Shown in pieces: positions 46,801 to 61,800 of a stretch of 64,000 nucleotides of DNA (within the stretch, counting starts at the first letter, position 1; each line of letters begins with the position of its first letter). Source of the DNA: an uncultured Gammaproteobacteria bacterium. GTDB lineage: Bacteria > Patescibacteriota > Patescibacteriia > UBA1558 > S5-K13. The DNA is taken from assembly GCA_964640635.1 (NCBI GenBank), contig CAZXFD010000002.1:26153-90152 (forward strand), in the 5' to 3' direction. The notes under the pieces are model-generated. The model was not told where the DNA came from. It searched no databases and worked only from the letters and a program-made list of their open reading frames with translations. Both the position numbers and the translations under genes were made by a program.

Positions 46801-49800
46801 TACTCAAAGTTTGAGTTCGTAAGCTCCATCATCTGAGCATAACCTGAGTTTGATGATTTAAACGATCCACTAGAGTATATATCACCGATTACAAGTAAAT
46901 CACCTAAAAATTCTGCATTTCCTTTGACACTCAAAGCACCATCTACAAACATATTTCCACCAATTCCAATATCACCCTTAACAAATAAATCATCGCCAGT
47001 CATATTAAACTCAGTCCATGATAATACTGGCACCTCTGATCCTACTAATACGTTATCACCAAAGTAAGATTTGCCACCAAGGTTGTCTACAAATATTGCC
47101 CAGTTGGTTGTAGATGCACTATTTAGATTTATGTATTGACCAATTTGAGTGCCAGCCTTTGAGTCACTAGCTGAGACAATATAAGATCCATAATTTACAT
47201 CTACCTCATCAGATGTTTGAAGCTCTGTGTAATTTCCAAACGCTGTTTGAGCTTTTCCGTCATACACTGTAGATAGTTTATTGTAAATTGAATATCCTGT
47301 TGCATTTTCTCCGGTTACATATATGTCATTAAAATCTCCAAATCCATAGCTATTTGCTGTCTGTAAGTTTACTTGATAAAGATTTCCCATTGAGCTAGCG
47401 TCACTTATAAAGTCCCAAACATTTGTCTTATAATCAAGTCCTTTTAATTTATTTATTTCATCTGCCAAAATTGCAACAGTATCACTGGTTTGATCTAGTG
47501 AGCTATAAACAGTAGCTAAAGAATCATTTATTAATATTTGTGTTGTGCTTGCAAAGTTATAAGAACCTATTGCATTTGAAATCATAATTGCAACTTCATC
47601 TTCTATTTCCATATTTGCAATTCTATCAGTAATTTGAGATTCAATTTGCTCTACTGTAAGAGATTTGTTTCTTCTTGAAATAAGCACATTAATACTTCCT
47701 TCACTGGCACTGAGTGATTCAAGCGCAATTCCTACTGTAGAGTCGCCTGGGTTTGCCTTCATTAAATATCCTGAACGTGAGCCAGATGTAAGTGAGTCAC
47801 CTGGATTTATATTTCCATTTTCGTTTGATACGCGACCTGGAATCTGACCAAGAAGAGCTATCATCTTGTAATTATTATTGTCACGATATTCTTCTTTTGC
47901 ATTTCCTAATAACGCTGGTTTGGTTGAAACAACTCCCATGATATTTGTATCACTTGATCTGTTACATCTTATTACAGAATTATTTCTTGAGACATCAATA
48001 CAAACTACTTCGCCAGATACCAAATCAATATTGGTTGTATAAAAATATTCTGCATAATCGGCGGATGGCGAAGATCCAGTTCCATCATAAAAATAATCCC
48101 CTTCTGCATCGACAGAAAATCTTGATGCATTTCCAGATGTACCTATATTAAATAATCTTTGATTTGCACTTGGCGAAGCTACATATACATCTAGTTTTGA
48201 TGATGGACTAGAAGTTCCAACTCCCAAATTTCCATTTACTGCTATTGCTCCTGCAGTAGTTCCAGATAAATATGCTGTTGAATTTAAATATAAATTGTCA
48301 CTATAAGTATTTAACCAATAAGCAGTTGATGTACCTAAATTATATGTGCTATCAGCACTTGTATACAAATTATTACTTGTAATATTTCCACTTACAATAA
48401 CAGACCCAGAAACAGTTCCACCAGATACCTGTAAATATCTATCATCATGGGTATGAGTGGATGTAACTGCAAGGCTAATTTTTGTATCAATATCTTCTAA
48501 TCTTAAATCGAGGGAACCAAATATTCCATAGGAAGAAGAGTTTCTTGCCTGGAGCACTTCTGTTTCTACAGTGTTTGATCCTTCTCCTGCCCAAGTATCC
48601 CCATCAAAAGCTGTCACAGTAATTCCTCTGATAATAGGTGTGGTTCCGACTCCCGCAGTCATCACAGCTTTTGCTTTCACTTGAGTTCCAATATTTGTAA
48701 ATTCCCACAAAACATTTGGCGTAACAGGTCCTTCCCAATGAACCCCATTATCAGCAGATAAATACCAATTAATGCTATTACCCGTACCAACTCCACCACT
48801 ATAGGTAAGCTTTGCACTTGTAATATTATTTGCTGAACTTACGATAACATTTGTTTCAAATATATTACTTGCTTCATAGGCGAGTTGACTCTTATAAATA
48901 TCTGCGAAAGCATAAATAGAAAAGTAATAATATCCATTATAGTATAAAGGTCTTTGATGATAACTTGAAGTAAATATTGCATTTCCCAAAATCTTTTGAG
49001 TACCTGAAATAACAAAATAATTTTCCGCATTTAAATCATATACCAAATATCCATCTGGCCTATAAGAAGAATATCCACCAAACCATAGCTGACCTCCTAT
49101 TTTTCTTATCCAATACAAAGAAGTATTCAAACTAATTTCTTGATCTACTCTATGAAATTCTTGCCAACCATTTGTTTTTGAAAGTTTTTGCCAAGAAGAA
49201 GCACTAGAAAGCCAAACAATATCTGAATCATCTGGATCCTGCCAAGAAGAATAGATAACATTTGTATAATTATACAATCCTTGAGGACCGTTTGAATAAT
49301 ACCTCTTTACAAGCGTATCTGTATCCATATTCCAAATATAAAAACCTACTGAAGTTGAAATATGTAATTCATTTCCATAGGCTTGCACATCATAATAACT
49401 ACCAGATGGTAAACCGCTATCAGGACTGTTGTCGTAATCTGTAAATGTTCCACTTACTACATTAAACACCTGCATATAACTTCCCGATGGAAATAAATAC
49501 ACCTTACCATTGTAATACTGCATCACGTTTCCAAGCTGATTACCAATAGTATTTGATTTTAAGCCGTTTGCTGTTGTATATGTTGTAATAGTATTTGCAT
49601 CTACATCTATCTTAACAAGTCCAGGACCAGCTGAATAAAACCCTGCATAAATATCATTTCTATCATAATCATAAGCTATACTCGTAAAATTGACCTGAGC
49701 AAGAGAAGGTGTAGAGGTTGCGGTCCATTGACCGACAATGGCCTCTGTATCAAGATTAAGCACTTTTATACCATAACCATAAGTAGCTACATATAATTTA

Positions 49801-52800
49801 TTTCCATAAACGATTGTTCCTGAAATTGATCTTATATTATCTCCCGTTCCATAATTAATATCAATTTTTGTCCATGCATCGGTATTATTTTGTATTGTGC
49901 CTATCATAGAATTATATGCTGCTGTTGTATTTGATGTATTTACATTAGTAGTCGTCTGAAAACTATCACTAAACAAAGATGCGTTAGAGAGTATTGAAGA
50001 ATAATTTGCTGTGATAGCATTGAATCTATCATTTAAAGAATTGTAGGTGCTTCTTCCAGAGACTACTTCGTCCACCCTATCACCAGATATATTTCCCAGA
50101 GCATTAACTACCGTGGTATTTCCAACAGCAAAACCATTTGAACTTGTGACTGTTCCTCCGACATTTATACTTGTATTAAAATTTACTACTGTATCTGCCA
50201 TGATATTTCCATCACCATCAAATTGTATATTTCCATTTAGTGTAAGTGCCTGAGATGGTGTAGTTGTTCCTATTCCCAAATACCCCGTATCAGTCATCAC
50301 AAATTGCGAGATACCATTTCCACTAGGATTAAATGACAAATAATTACTTGTTGTGCTATATCCCAAAAGTGCATAATTCCCTGCTACTCCAATATTAATA
50401 CTATTTGGTCCAAGATATAAATCTTTCCATCTATTGGTATCTGATCCTAGAGTATAAATATTATCAGCTGATGGTAAAATATTTCCAGTAAATGTTGCAT
50501 TTCCACCCACTGATAAATCTCCACTTATTGAGATGCTGTTATTTGAAAGCGTTAATAAATTTGCATTACTAGCTAATCCAATATTATTACCTGCAATTTG
50601 TACATTTCCGAAAGTAGATGTTCCAGCGACTGTCAAATCAGAGAATAAATTTACATTTCCACTTACAGCAAGCGTTCCTGATGCTGATATTTTTCCAACT
50701 GTCGTAATGTCACCACTTGACGCAGTAATAGTTGCACGTCCTCCTACTGATATATCTCCAGAAAAATTGGCACCCGAAAGAAGCGCATATGAAGAAGATG
50801 CAGCCATCCATATAGGATCTGATTCTGCTCCTGAGCCAACAGCACTTCCATTCCAATAAAGATTTCCTCCCAAATTATACAATGTATTTGTTGTTATTAT
50901 TGGTGTAGATGATGAAATACTTACGCCATTGTTTGATGCTATTAATCCCGTTACTGTTGTAGTTGCAAATGTTGCTATACCAGTAGATGTAATAGTTGCA
51001 CCACTTCCTATTATTAAGTTATTAGAAAATAAAGAATTACTATTTGCTTCATCTATAAGTAAAGCTCCATTTCCATATGTATAAGTTTGATCTGTTATAT
51101 TAATTTCAGCTAAAACTTGATCGCCCGTGCTAGAATACAGACCAATTATATTTTTGCCAGTTCCCTGAATATCTCCGACTATATTTACACTATCTACAGC
51201 AGCCGGCGCAAAAGTAATCATATTTCCACTTGGACTAATTACTAGATTTCCATAATTATCTGTTGCAAGAGTTGAATAATTTGAACTGTCATAACCCAAT
51301 GTTAATTGTGTTGTTGAAGTTACAATGTGAAGTCCTGCGTTTGGAGTAGTTGTTCCTATTCCGACATTTCCAGTATTGTAATAAATACTATTTCCATTTG
51401 ATGTCCATTGAGATCCTATATACTTAGAACCATTTACGTATAGATCTGTTGCATTTACAATACCATTTACGTCAAGTGTAAATGCTGGTGTGGTTGTTCC
51501 TATTCCTACGTTTCCAGTGCTTGGATTTACAGATATATTATTATAATGTATTACATCGTTCATTGAATCAGGTGAAGCTTCATAAACTACTAGTGGCATA
51601 TCTCCACCAGCATCATACAAACCAAATTCATCAGTAGAATATGAATTGTTATTACCCAGATATAAACCACCTCTACTAGAATCAAAACTTGTAAATCTAG
51701 CAGCTATTGAATCACTACTTGAAACATGTAAAGTGTTGCCAGGATCTACGGTTCCTATTCCAACATATCCATTTAATGGATTTACATATAACTGATTTGT
51801 GTTAACGCTAAAGCTTCCTGCGATCGTTGTAGAAGCAAGTGTTGTATTTCCAAGCATTACCAAACTATTTGTGCCAGTAGCATTTGTAAATGCAAGATTT
51901 GATATTGTTGATGAACTAAAATATCCATTTCCTATATCGACTCCGTTTAATATAAACGATCCTGTAATAGTTGTGCTAGCTAAATTTGTAATACCAAGAA
52001 CTGCTAAATTTCCAGTTGTAGTTGCGTTTGTTACTTGTAAATTAGCAAGAGTTGAAAGTCCTGAGACATTTAATGCTGACCCAATATAATAAGATCCCGT
52101 CGTTGTTCCATTTCCATATAAAAGCGCGTCTCCAGACACTGTTAATCTTGATAATGGCGTTGTTGTTCCTATTCCAATATATCCAGAATTAATATTTACA
52201 GAGATACCCGCATCGTCACTATATCCACCAAACTTATAAGCAGTTTGAGCTGAGTTCACACCAACTATTAATTCATCATTTACATTCCAACTCATGCCAA
52301 TCTCGCCACCTAATATATCATATCCAACATTTACATAATTACTTGTATATCTGTCACCAAAAATTCCATGATTAGCACGTAACTGACCTAAATAGTTATC
52401 TGATGAATAAACATCTAATGCATATTGTGGGCTTGTAGTACCAATACCCACATAACCATTTAATGGATTTATATATAACTGATTTGTATTTACTGCGAAA
52501 GCGCCCGTCACCGTTGTACTAGCAAGAGTTGATACTCCTAATACATTTAGATTATTTCCTACCACTAAATTATTAGTCACATTACTATTAGTTGAAGTAA
52601 CAACACCGCTAATGTTTAATCCACTTGTTAAAAGTGTTAATAAATTTGCATTACCAGATAGTCCAATATTATTTCCTGCAATTAACATATTACCCAGTGT
52701 CGATGTACTTGTTACTATTAAGTTTGTTGTTGTTACTGTATTTGATACCGTTAAAGAGTCAAGCATTGAAACTCCACTTACATTAAGTGATTCTGTTATT

Positions 52801-55800
52801 AAATTATTAATATAATGACTTCCTGTTGTTGTAGCATTTCCATATAAAAGCGCATCTCCAGACACTGTTAATTTAGATGTTGGTGTTGAAGTTCCAATTC
52901 CGACGTTACCATTATTGATAAATAGTCCGTCGCTAGAACTAAATGCTCCCCCATATTGATAAATACCTGTATTATAATTTTTACCAGCTATCATAAAATC
53001 ATTTGATACATCATAAAGACCGAGATCATCTCCATAAAAATCCCCACCAATATATAATTCTCCGACATAAGGATTTCCAACAAGAGCACTTGCTCCTGTA
53101 ATATTTCCTCCTTGTCCATCAAGCGTTATAAAATCTCCCACTGATAAAACAGCTGCAACCTTAAGATTATTATTAATCTGAAGATTATTACTAATAAATT
53201 GATTGCCCGTTATCGTAGAATTTCCCGTTATTGATAAATTGCCTGTGATTGTCGTACTAGCAAGCTTTGTAAATCCTGAGACTACTAAATTTCCAGTCGT
53301 TGTTGCATTTCCATATAACAGTGTGTCGCCAGATACTGTCAGTTTAGATGTTGGTGTTGAAGTGCCAATTCCAATATCTCCTAAGTTGATAGTTAATGCC
53401 CTACCTCCATACACAAATCTATTATCATCATAATCAAATCCAGCTATAACACCATCTCCATTGACCTCATAAAATCCTCCCTCATTTATATCTGAAAAAC
53501 TCCCAATATCTAATCCATCATTACTATTAAAACTAAATCTAGTGTAAGGATGATTTACTGCTGGTGCATAAGTATGAATATCTAGTCCACCACCACTATT
53601 CTGAAAATTTGTATAATTTAAAGAATCATAACCTAATTTAAGTTGCGCATTAGCGTTTAATATGTGAAGTGCTGATGATGGCGTTGTTGTTCCTATTCCA
53701 ACATATCCATTTGAATGATTTACGAATAAATCATTTGCACCAACTAAGAAATTATTTACTACCGTAGTTGTGTTTCCATTAAATATTGCATTACCATTTA
53801 CTGTAGTTGTGGCAAGAGTTGTATTTCCTAATATTACTAAACTTTGTGTTCCAGTTGCATTTGTAAATGCAAGATTTGATATTGTTGATGAACTAAAATA
53901 TCCATTTCCTATATCTACTCCGTTTAATATAAACGATCCTGTAATAGTTGTGCTAGCTAAATTAGTAAATCCAAAAACTGCTAAGTTTCCAGTTGTAGTT
54001 GCGTTTGTCACTTGTAAATTGGCAAGAATTGAAAATCCTGAGACATTTAATCCATTTGTTACTGCAAGTTGAGAAATTGTTGAAGTTGCAAGTGTACTAG
54101 TACCAACGACTGTTAATGTTCCTGTAAAGTTTGCGGAAGACGAAATTGTTTGACCATTTATAAGACCTGAGCTTATTGTTCCAATATTTACAAGATTACC
54201 ACTTGCATCAATTCTTTGTGTTCCAGAGTCTGCTCCAGTATTAATTCCTGTTGTACCATTGATTACAGATCCAGTAATTGTATTATTTGTAAGTATGGTT
54301 CCAAATCCTGTATTAATAGATCCTGAATTTAATACTCCTACTCCAGTTAAAGATGAATTTACAATATTTGACGGCAATGTTGTTGTGCTAAACCATGTTG
54401 ATAATGATAAATATATTGTAGAGGCCGTAGAGCCTAATAAGTATCCTGCATCTGCATGATTGCCCCATCCATATGCACTATTCCAGTTCATTGAATTACC
54501 GCCAAAAGCAGAAATAATTCCAGTTGCATCAAATGTTCCTGCGACTGATGTGCTAGCTAAACTTGTATTTCCTGATACATATAGATTGGTACCGGTTGCA
54601 CTTCCAAATGTTAAATTAGTAAATGTTGATGATGTGCTAATAAACGACCCATTAATAGTTCCGCCCACCGTTAAATTTCCACTTACCGCTTGATTACCAG
54701 TTGTCGTTGCATTACCATTTACTACCAATGTTCCATTTATTGTAGTCGTAGCTAGAGTTGAGGTTCCAGTGACAATAAGTGTATCATCAACTATTACATC
54801 ACCCAGGTTTGCAGCTGATAAGACAAGATTCAAATCAAGATATGCAGAATTCGTTTGAACATATAATGCTGACTCGCTCTTTATATAACTTGCACTGCTA
54901 TTTGTAAATATCAAATCATTTGCAATTGCAACATTTCCTACCGCTTCAAATGATACAGGATTAAACATACTTATTTGAGTATCTGATATTCTCATTGCTT
55001 CATTACTTCCTGCTGTAATACTTATTGTATTATCAGAGTATCTATAGAATCCTGTATCAGGATCTCCTATAAACGCAATTGAAGGAGTTGTTGAAGAACC
55101 ATCACTTACAAAAAGCGTTCCCGCTACTACCGCATTACCACTTACATACATTTGAGTTGAAGTAACTATTCCATCTATTTGAAGGCCACTATTTGCAAGT
55201 GTTAGTAAATCTGCATTTCCTACTAGTCCAATATTATTTCCTGTAATTTGTACATTTCCTAGTGTACTTGTTCCTACAACTCTTAAATCAGAATGCATAG
55301 TTGCATTTCCAGTTACTGCGAGCGTTCCTGATGCTGATAAAGTTCCTAGTGTTGTAATATCACCCGATGAAACTGTAATTGTTGCGCGTGAGCCAAGTCC
55401 GATAATTGTTCCATTGTCATATACTGATGAAGTTGCTGTTGTAGTTGCCGTGACATATCTTAATAAATAATTTGCGACTCCTGCTCCTGATAGTTTGTTA
55501 TTAAACATTGACCAATCAGAATTTTGAAGCTGACCAGTATTTACGGATGATGCTATTGGCATATTAAATGTATGAGTAGAACCAGATGAGACAATGTTAA
55601 AAATATTTCCGCTTGTTCCTGTTGCAAAATTCTGAGCTGAGCTTGTAAGACCATTTAAATTAACTAGTGCATTTCCTCCTACTATTGTAGAAGTAGATAC
55701 CCACTGCGTGCTAGTTCCTGTAGATCTTAAAACCATGCCATCTGATCCCGCACTATTTGTCGAATCATTGAGTGACCCTGAAAGTGACAAAGATGCAATT

Positions 55801-58800
55801 GTCGTCGTAGCTAAAGTTGATATCCCAGATACATTTAGATTTCCAGAGACTATTTGATTTCCTGATGTTGTAGCATTGCCTGATACTACTAATCCTGATG
55901 TTATTCTAAGAGATCCTACGATTGTTGAACTTGCACCACTTGGACTTACTGTCAAAAATCCATTCGCATTTGTATTTATATTTGTATAATTTCCTGCACT
56001 ATTTTCTAATGTCAATTGTGTTGTTGTTGTAACCACATGAAGACCTGCATTTGGAGTAGTTGTTCCTATTCCTACATTGCCAATATTATAATAAATACTT
56101 GCTCCGTTTGTAGTCCATTGAGATCCTATGTAAGGTGATCCATTTACATATAATGCTGTTGCATTTACAACTCCATTTACGTCAAGTGTAAATCTAGGAG
56201 TAGTTGTTCCTATTCCTACATTGCCATCACTATTTACTACAAATATTCCTTGATTTGTAGTTGTTGCAATTTGTAATAGATTTTCAGTTGAGCTAGAGCT
56301 TACTACTGATAATTTGTAATTTGGTGTAGTTGTGCCAATGCCTATAAAACCTGTTGATCCAGCAGTATCTGCATATAACACATCTGTAACAGAAGTTCCG
56401 TTATATCCTCTTATTCTAAAATCCGCATTAGGAGAATATGCTCCCCAAACACCAGACGACAAATATCCCATTCTAGATCCACCCGTATCACTAACATATC
56501 CATTTGCTCCAACTCTTATAGATCCATTAATCTCTAATGCTAGCGCTGGATTGGCGATACCAATTCCAACTCTATTATTTACACTATCAATAACTAAGGT
56601 ATTTGAATCAAAATTAACATCTCCACCTATCGTAGTTGTTACCGTTCCATTTATTACTACGGCTCCCGCGATAGTTGTGCTAACTAAATTCGTAAATCCC
56701 AATACTACTTGATTACCAGTTGTTGTTGCATTTCCATTAACTTGTAATGTTCCATTTATTGTAGTCGATGCAAGTATTGTATTTCCTAAAACCATTAATG
56801 CTCCTGAGTTATAAATTCCAGTAGATGTGACAACTCCACCTATTGCAATTCCTGTATTTGATAATGTTAATAAATTTGAATTTCCGCTCACTGCGATATT
56901 TAATCCATTAAACAATAAACCGTTGATTGTTGTTGTAACTCCTCCATCAACAATCAAATTTGAAATAGTGGTTGTTGCAAAATCACTTGTTCCATCTACT
57001 ATTAAATTTCCTGTCATTGTATCACCTGAGACATTTACAAATAATGAATCTGCGGAACTCGTTGTATGATATCTATTATCTAAACTTGTTGAAGAAATTG
57101 TTGATATATGACCATAGTTATCAAGAGCTATACTTTGAATTACTGTGCCACCCAAATTTGTCTGTCCTAGTGCAGAAGAAACCGCGTGATTTATTGCAAT
57201 TGATCCTGCGCCATTTACTATTGAAATAAGTGACCCCTGAGTAAGCGTTCCTATAGTAGGGGCTCCCGTTCCATCTCCAATTAATAATTCACCATTTGCA
57301 AACACTCTTGTTGCATTTATTTCACCCGTTCCATTTCCTAATAATATTCCGCCAGACGTAAATGTTGTTGTTCCTGTTCCACCGTATGGAACCCCTATAA
57401 TATTTCCGCCCCAAGTAGCGTTTGTAATTGTTCCAGTAACTGACAAACTACCATGAATATTTGTGGTGCCATATAAGTCAATCGTTGGAGCTGTAAGTGC
57501 TATTCGTAAACCAGCACGACTTAAGATTTGTGAAGATCCATCAAGAGCTGATAAAGTAATACTTCCCCCAGAAGAATTTGTTTGTATAGATATTCCCTTA
57601 CCATCCAAATCATTTGGAACTAAAAGACTTATACTCTCTTTTGAATTCATTGAAAGAGTGCTACTAGAGTTTAATGATATTGTATGTTGAGATTCCAATC
57701 CCAAAGCTCCAAGATTTCCAGATGTTATAACTTTCAAAGATTGATCCGGACTTGTTGTGAAATTCATAACATTAGAATTGTCTTGAATAACCTTTTTTCC
57801 ATTTACATATAAAGAGCTTGGTCCTAAATGTAATTCATCAGTGTAAATATCTTTAAACTGATGTGTTTCATCACCCAACATTATAAGAGACACATTTGTT
57901 GTAACACTTCCTGTCATGTCAGGTATTACATTTCTTGTAAGGGTTGTTGTTGCAAGTGTCGTGTATCCCGTCACTACCAAACTTTGTGTTCCAGTTGCAT
58001 TTGCAAAAACTAGATTATTAATCGTAGATGAGGTAAATAATCCAGTTCCAATAACCGTTCCATTGATTGTTAAATTTCCATTAATTGTTGTAGTTGCTAA
58101 ATTGGTAAATCCTACTACTGCAAGATTTCCAGTTGTTGTAGCATTTGTAACTTGTAAATTTTGTAAATTACTTGTTCCAGTTACAAATAAATTACTTGCC
58201 AAGGTTGTTGTTCCACCATTTGGGGTAACGCGTAAATCGCCGAATGAATTTGTTCCAAATGTTACATATTTACTTTCGCTATACCCTAGCGTAAATTGTG
58301 TTGTTGAGTTTGATACAACATGAAGGGTTGAAGATGGTGCTTCTATACCTATTCCAATTCTGCCACCTACAATTGGCGTTGGGTTTGTTGCATCATGATT
58401 ATATATTCCTGTTCCATATAATACATTTCCAATATTTAATTGTCTCTCTGCGCTATTTGCTGTTCCACGACCAATAGCAATACTATCTGAATATCCTCCT
58501 GTAGAAGTGTATCTGCCTATAAGAATTGATGTTCCGTAATTTTGGGTGTTATCAACTCCATCATTATTACCTGCATTTGTTCCTATAAAAATAGAGTCGC
58601 TTGCATTTATTGCTCGAGAACCTGCATAATAACCCAGAAAGTTTGAGTTAGATGCATTTGTTGCTTCAGCACCAGCAGCCTGTCCAAAGAAGTTTGAGTT
58701 AGATGCATTTGTTGCTTCAGCACCAGCAGCCTGTCCAAAGAAGTTTGAGTTAGATGCATACTCTGCACGAGCACCAGCAGCCTGTCCAAAGAAGTTTGAG

Positions 58801-61800
58801 TTAGATGCATTTGTTGATCTATCACCAGAATATTGTCCGAAGAAGTTTGAATCAGCTGCATTTTCTGCACGAGCACCTGAATATTGCCCAAGAAAATTTG
58901 AGTTAGATACACTTGATGCACCAAAGCCAGCATCACTACCAACAAATAAATTTGTGCCGTCTGCTGATATATTTACTATTGTATTTCCTAGCAATATCTT
59001 TCCACTAGCTGAGGTTGCTACAAGATCTCCACTTGAGTTTGTTGAAAGAGTTGAATAATTTGAACTGTCATAACCTAATGTTAATTGTGTTGTTGAGGTT
59101 ACAATATGTAGTCCTGCATTTGGAGTAGTTGTTCCTATTCCTACATTTCCAGAATTATAATAAATACTATTTCCAAATGTTGTCCATTGAGACCCTGTAT
59201 ACTGAGAACCGTTTACGTATAAATCTTTTGCATTTACAATACCATTTACATCAAGTGTAAATGCTGGAGTAGTTGTTCCTATACCAATTCTTCCATTTAA
59301 TACATTTGCAAATAATAAACTTGTTCCAACTAAGAAATTTCCAGTAACTGTAGTAGATGATAATGTTGTTGTTGCAAGCGTACTTAATCCGGTAACTGTT
59401 AAATTAGAAATTGAGGTGCTAGCTAAAGTTGAGGTTCCAAATACATTTAAATTATTTCCCACTATCAAATTATTTGTTACATAACTATTTGTTGAAGTAA
59501 CGACACCAGTAATATTTAATCCACTATTTGAAAGCGTCAATAAATTTGCATTTCCAGATAAACCAATACTACTTCCTGATATTTGAATATTTCCCAATGT
59601 GCTTGTTGACACAACAGAAAGAGATCCTACTGTTTCAATATTTCCACTAATTGCAGAAATTGTTGCATTTGCTCCTATGATTAAGTCAGAGGACGCATAT
59701 AATTTTCCTGTTATATATGTATTAAGCCCCGATGGTGCAATTGTAAGATTTCCAGTACTGCTTACAGTAAACGAAGAATAATTTGATACATCATAGCTAA
59801 GTCTTAGTTGTTCTGTCGTACCACCAACATTAAGTCTTGCAAGGGGTGTTGCAACGTTTACACCAACATTTCCATTTGAATCAACTTTTATTCCTTCATT
59901 GCCACCATCACCAGAAAGCCAATAATTTCCAAGTCTAATATTTTGAGTTGCTATATGAGTTCCAAAATCATCACCAGTTGAAGTTGCAGTTCCACAATCT
60001 CCCGATTTTGCCAAAATATCTCCATCTGGACTAACATACAAACAACGATTTCCTAATCCTTCACCAGCAAGATCTGTTGTTCTAATAGTTCCAGCAACAT
60101 TTAATGCTTGAACCAATGAACTTGTTCCAATACCAACCTTATGATTTACTGAATCAACATAAAGCGTATTATTATCAACTACAAATAACGTCCTCGTTAT
60201 AGTAGCATTTCCACCTATGTATGCTGAATTAGTTACAGACAATTGTGAAATTGTTGTACTAGCTAAATTTGTAAATCCTAATACTACAAAGTTGTTTGAT
60301 ATTGTTGAACTTGCAACTGTAAGTTCGTTTAAGTTTGTTGACCCTGAAATATTTAAACTTGTTCCCGAAATAGCTGCAAGATTTGATGTACTTGATACCG
60401 TAAGACTTGATAGTGCAAGTGTTGTTCCTGTTGCGCTTGTATAAGTTAATGATTGAAGTGTTGTATTTCCTTGAATTTGTAAATCACCAGAAGCAATAAT
60501 ATTTCCTGCTAAATTAATTGTTCCTGTTGCAACTATTCCACTAGTAACCGCTAATTGTCCGTTTACTGTTGTGCTTGCAAAAGTAGCAATTCCATTTAAT
60601 AGGATAGAATAATTATTTGCTAATATAGAATTATTACCAATTTCTAAATTATTATTAAATGTCGATACTCCATTAACTAATAAATTTGAAATTGTTGTAG
60701 ATGCCAATGTGCTTGTTCCATTTACCGTTAGGTTTCCAGAAATTGTTCCACCACCTAATCCTAAATACATTGAACTAGCTGTAGCTACTGTTAAGTAATC
60801 TGCATCATTTGTCCATTGTCTAATTGTTGATGTTGCAAAATTTGAAACTGATAAGCTTGTTGAGACGGCAGACCAATATGGATCTGATTCTGTATATGAT
60901 GTTAAGTATCCTGCGAGTGAATGGTCACCCCAACTATATGCATCGTCCCAAAAAGATGAAGATGCTGAAACTATATTATATGACTCATTCCATTGTAATG
61001 AATTACCACCTATTACTGATATAAGATTTGATACATACAGATTTGTCCCTGTTGCAGATGTGAAGTTTAGTGTTGTAAGTGTAGTAGATGATAATGTTGT
61101 AGTAGCTAAATTCGTAATTCCAAGTGAGGTAAGTGATGAAGTAACTGTTGCGGTTCCTGCAACTAATTCTGTTGATGTTGTATGCTCTGATTCTAAATTT
61201 GTAAATCTTCCGATTAATGCTGTGATGGTGTTTTCTATTGTTGCATTTACTGCTCGTAGTATAGAAGCAAATAAATTTGTTGAAGTTACGCTTATTCCTG
61301 ATGCATTTCTAAATGTTAAAGTATCTATATTTAAATTTGTTCCTGTTGCTGAATTGAATGTAAGGTTTGTAATTGATGTAGATGCAATTGTAATATTTCC
61401 TAAATTTAGACCTCCTGTGATTGCAAGATTGTTTAATGTTGTTGTGCCAAATACATTCAAGTTTCCTGATACAACTTGATCTCCTGTTGTTGTTGTATTA
61501 CCTGATACTATTAAACTTGAAATAGTTGTGCTAGCTAAATTTGTAACTCCTAATACTACAAAGTTGTTTGATATTGTTGAACTTGCAACTGTAAGTTCGT
61601 TTAAGTTTGTTGACCCTGAAATATTTAAACTTGTTCCCGAAATAGCTGCAAGATTTGATGTACTTGATACCGTAAGACTTGATAGTGCAAGTGTTGTTCC
61701 TGTTGCGCTTGTATAAGTTAATGATTGAAGTGTTGTATTTCCTTGAATTTGTAAATCACCAGAAGCAATAATATTTCCTGCTAAATTAATTGTTCCTGTT

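Noticed and set aside
43896-50100. Prophage tail region
   Set aside because: Phage-like domains are parts of one TM-anchored ORF; no capsid, terminase, portal or integrase genes in the window.
58600-58945. Regularly spaced direct repeats resembling a CRISPR array
   Set aside because: Period 42 nt, in frame, with repeated rather than unique spacers and no cas genes; it is a protein repeat.
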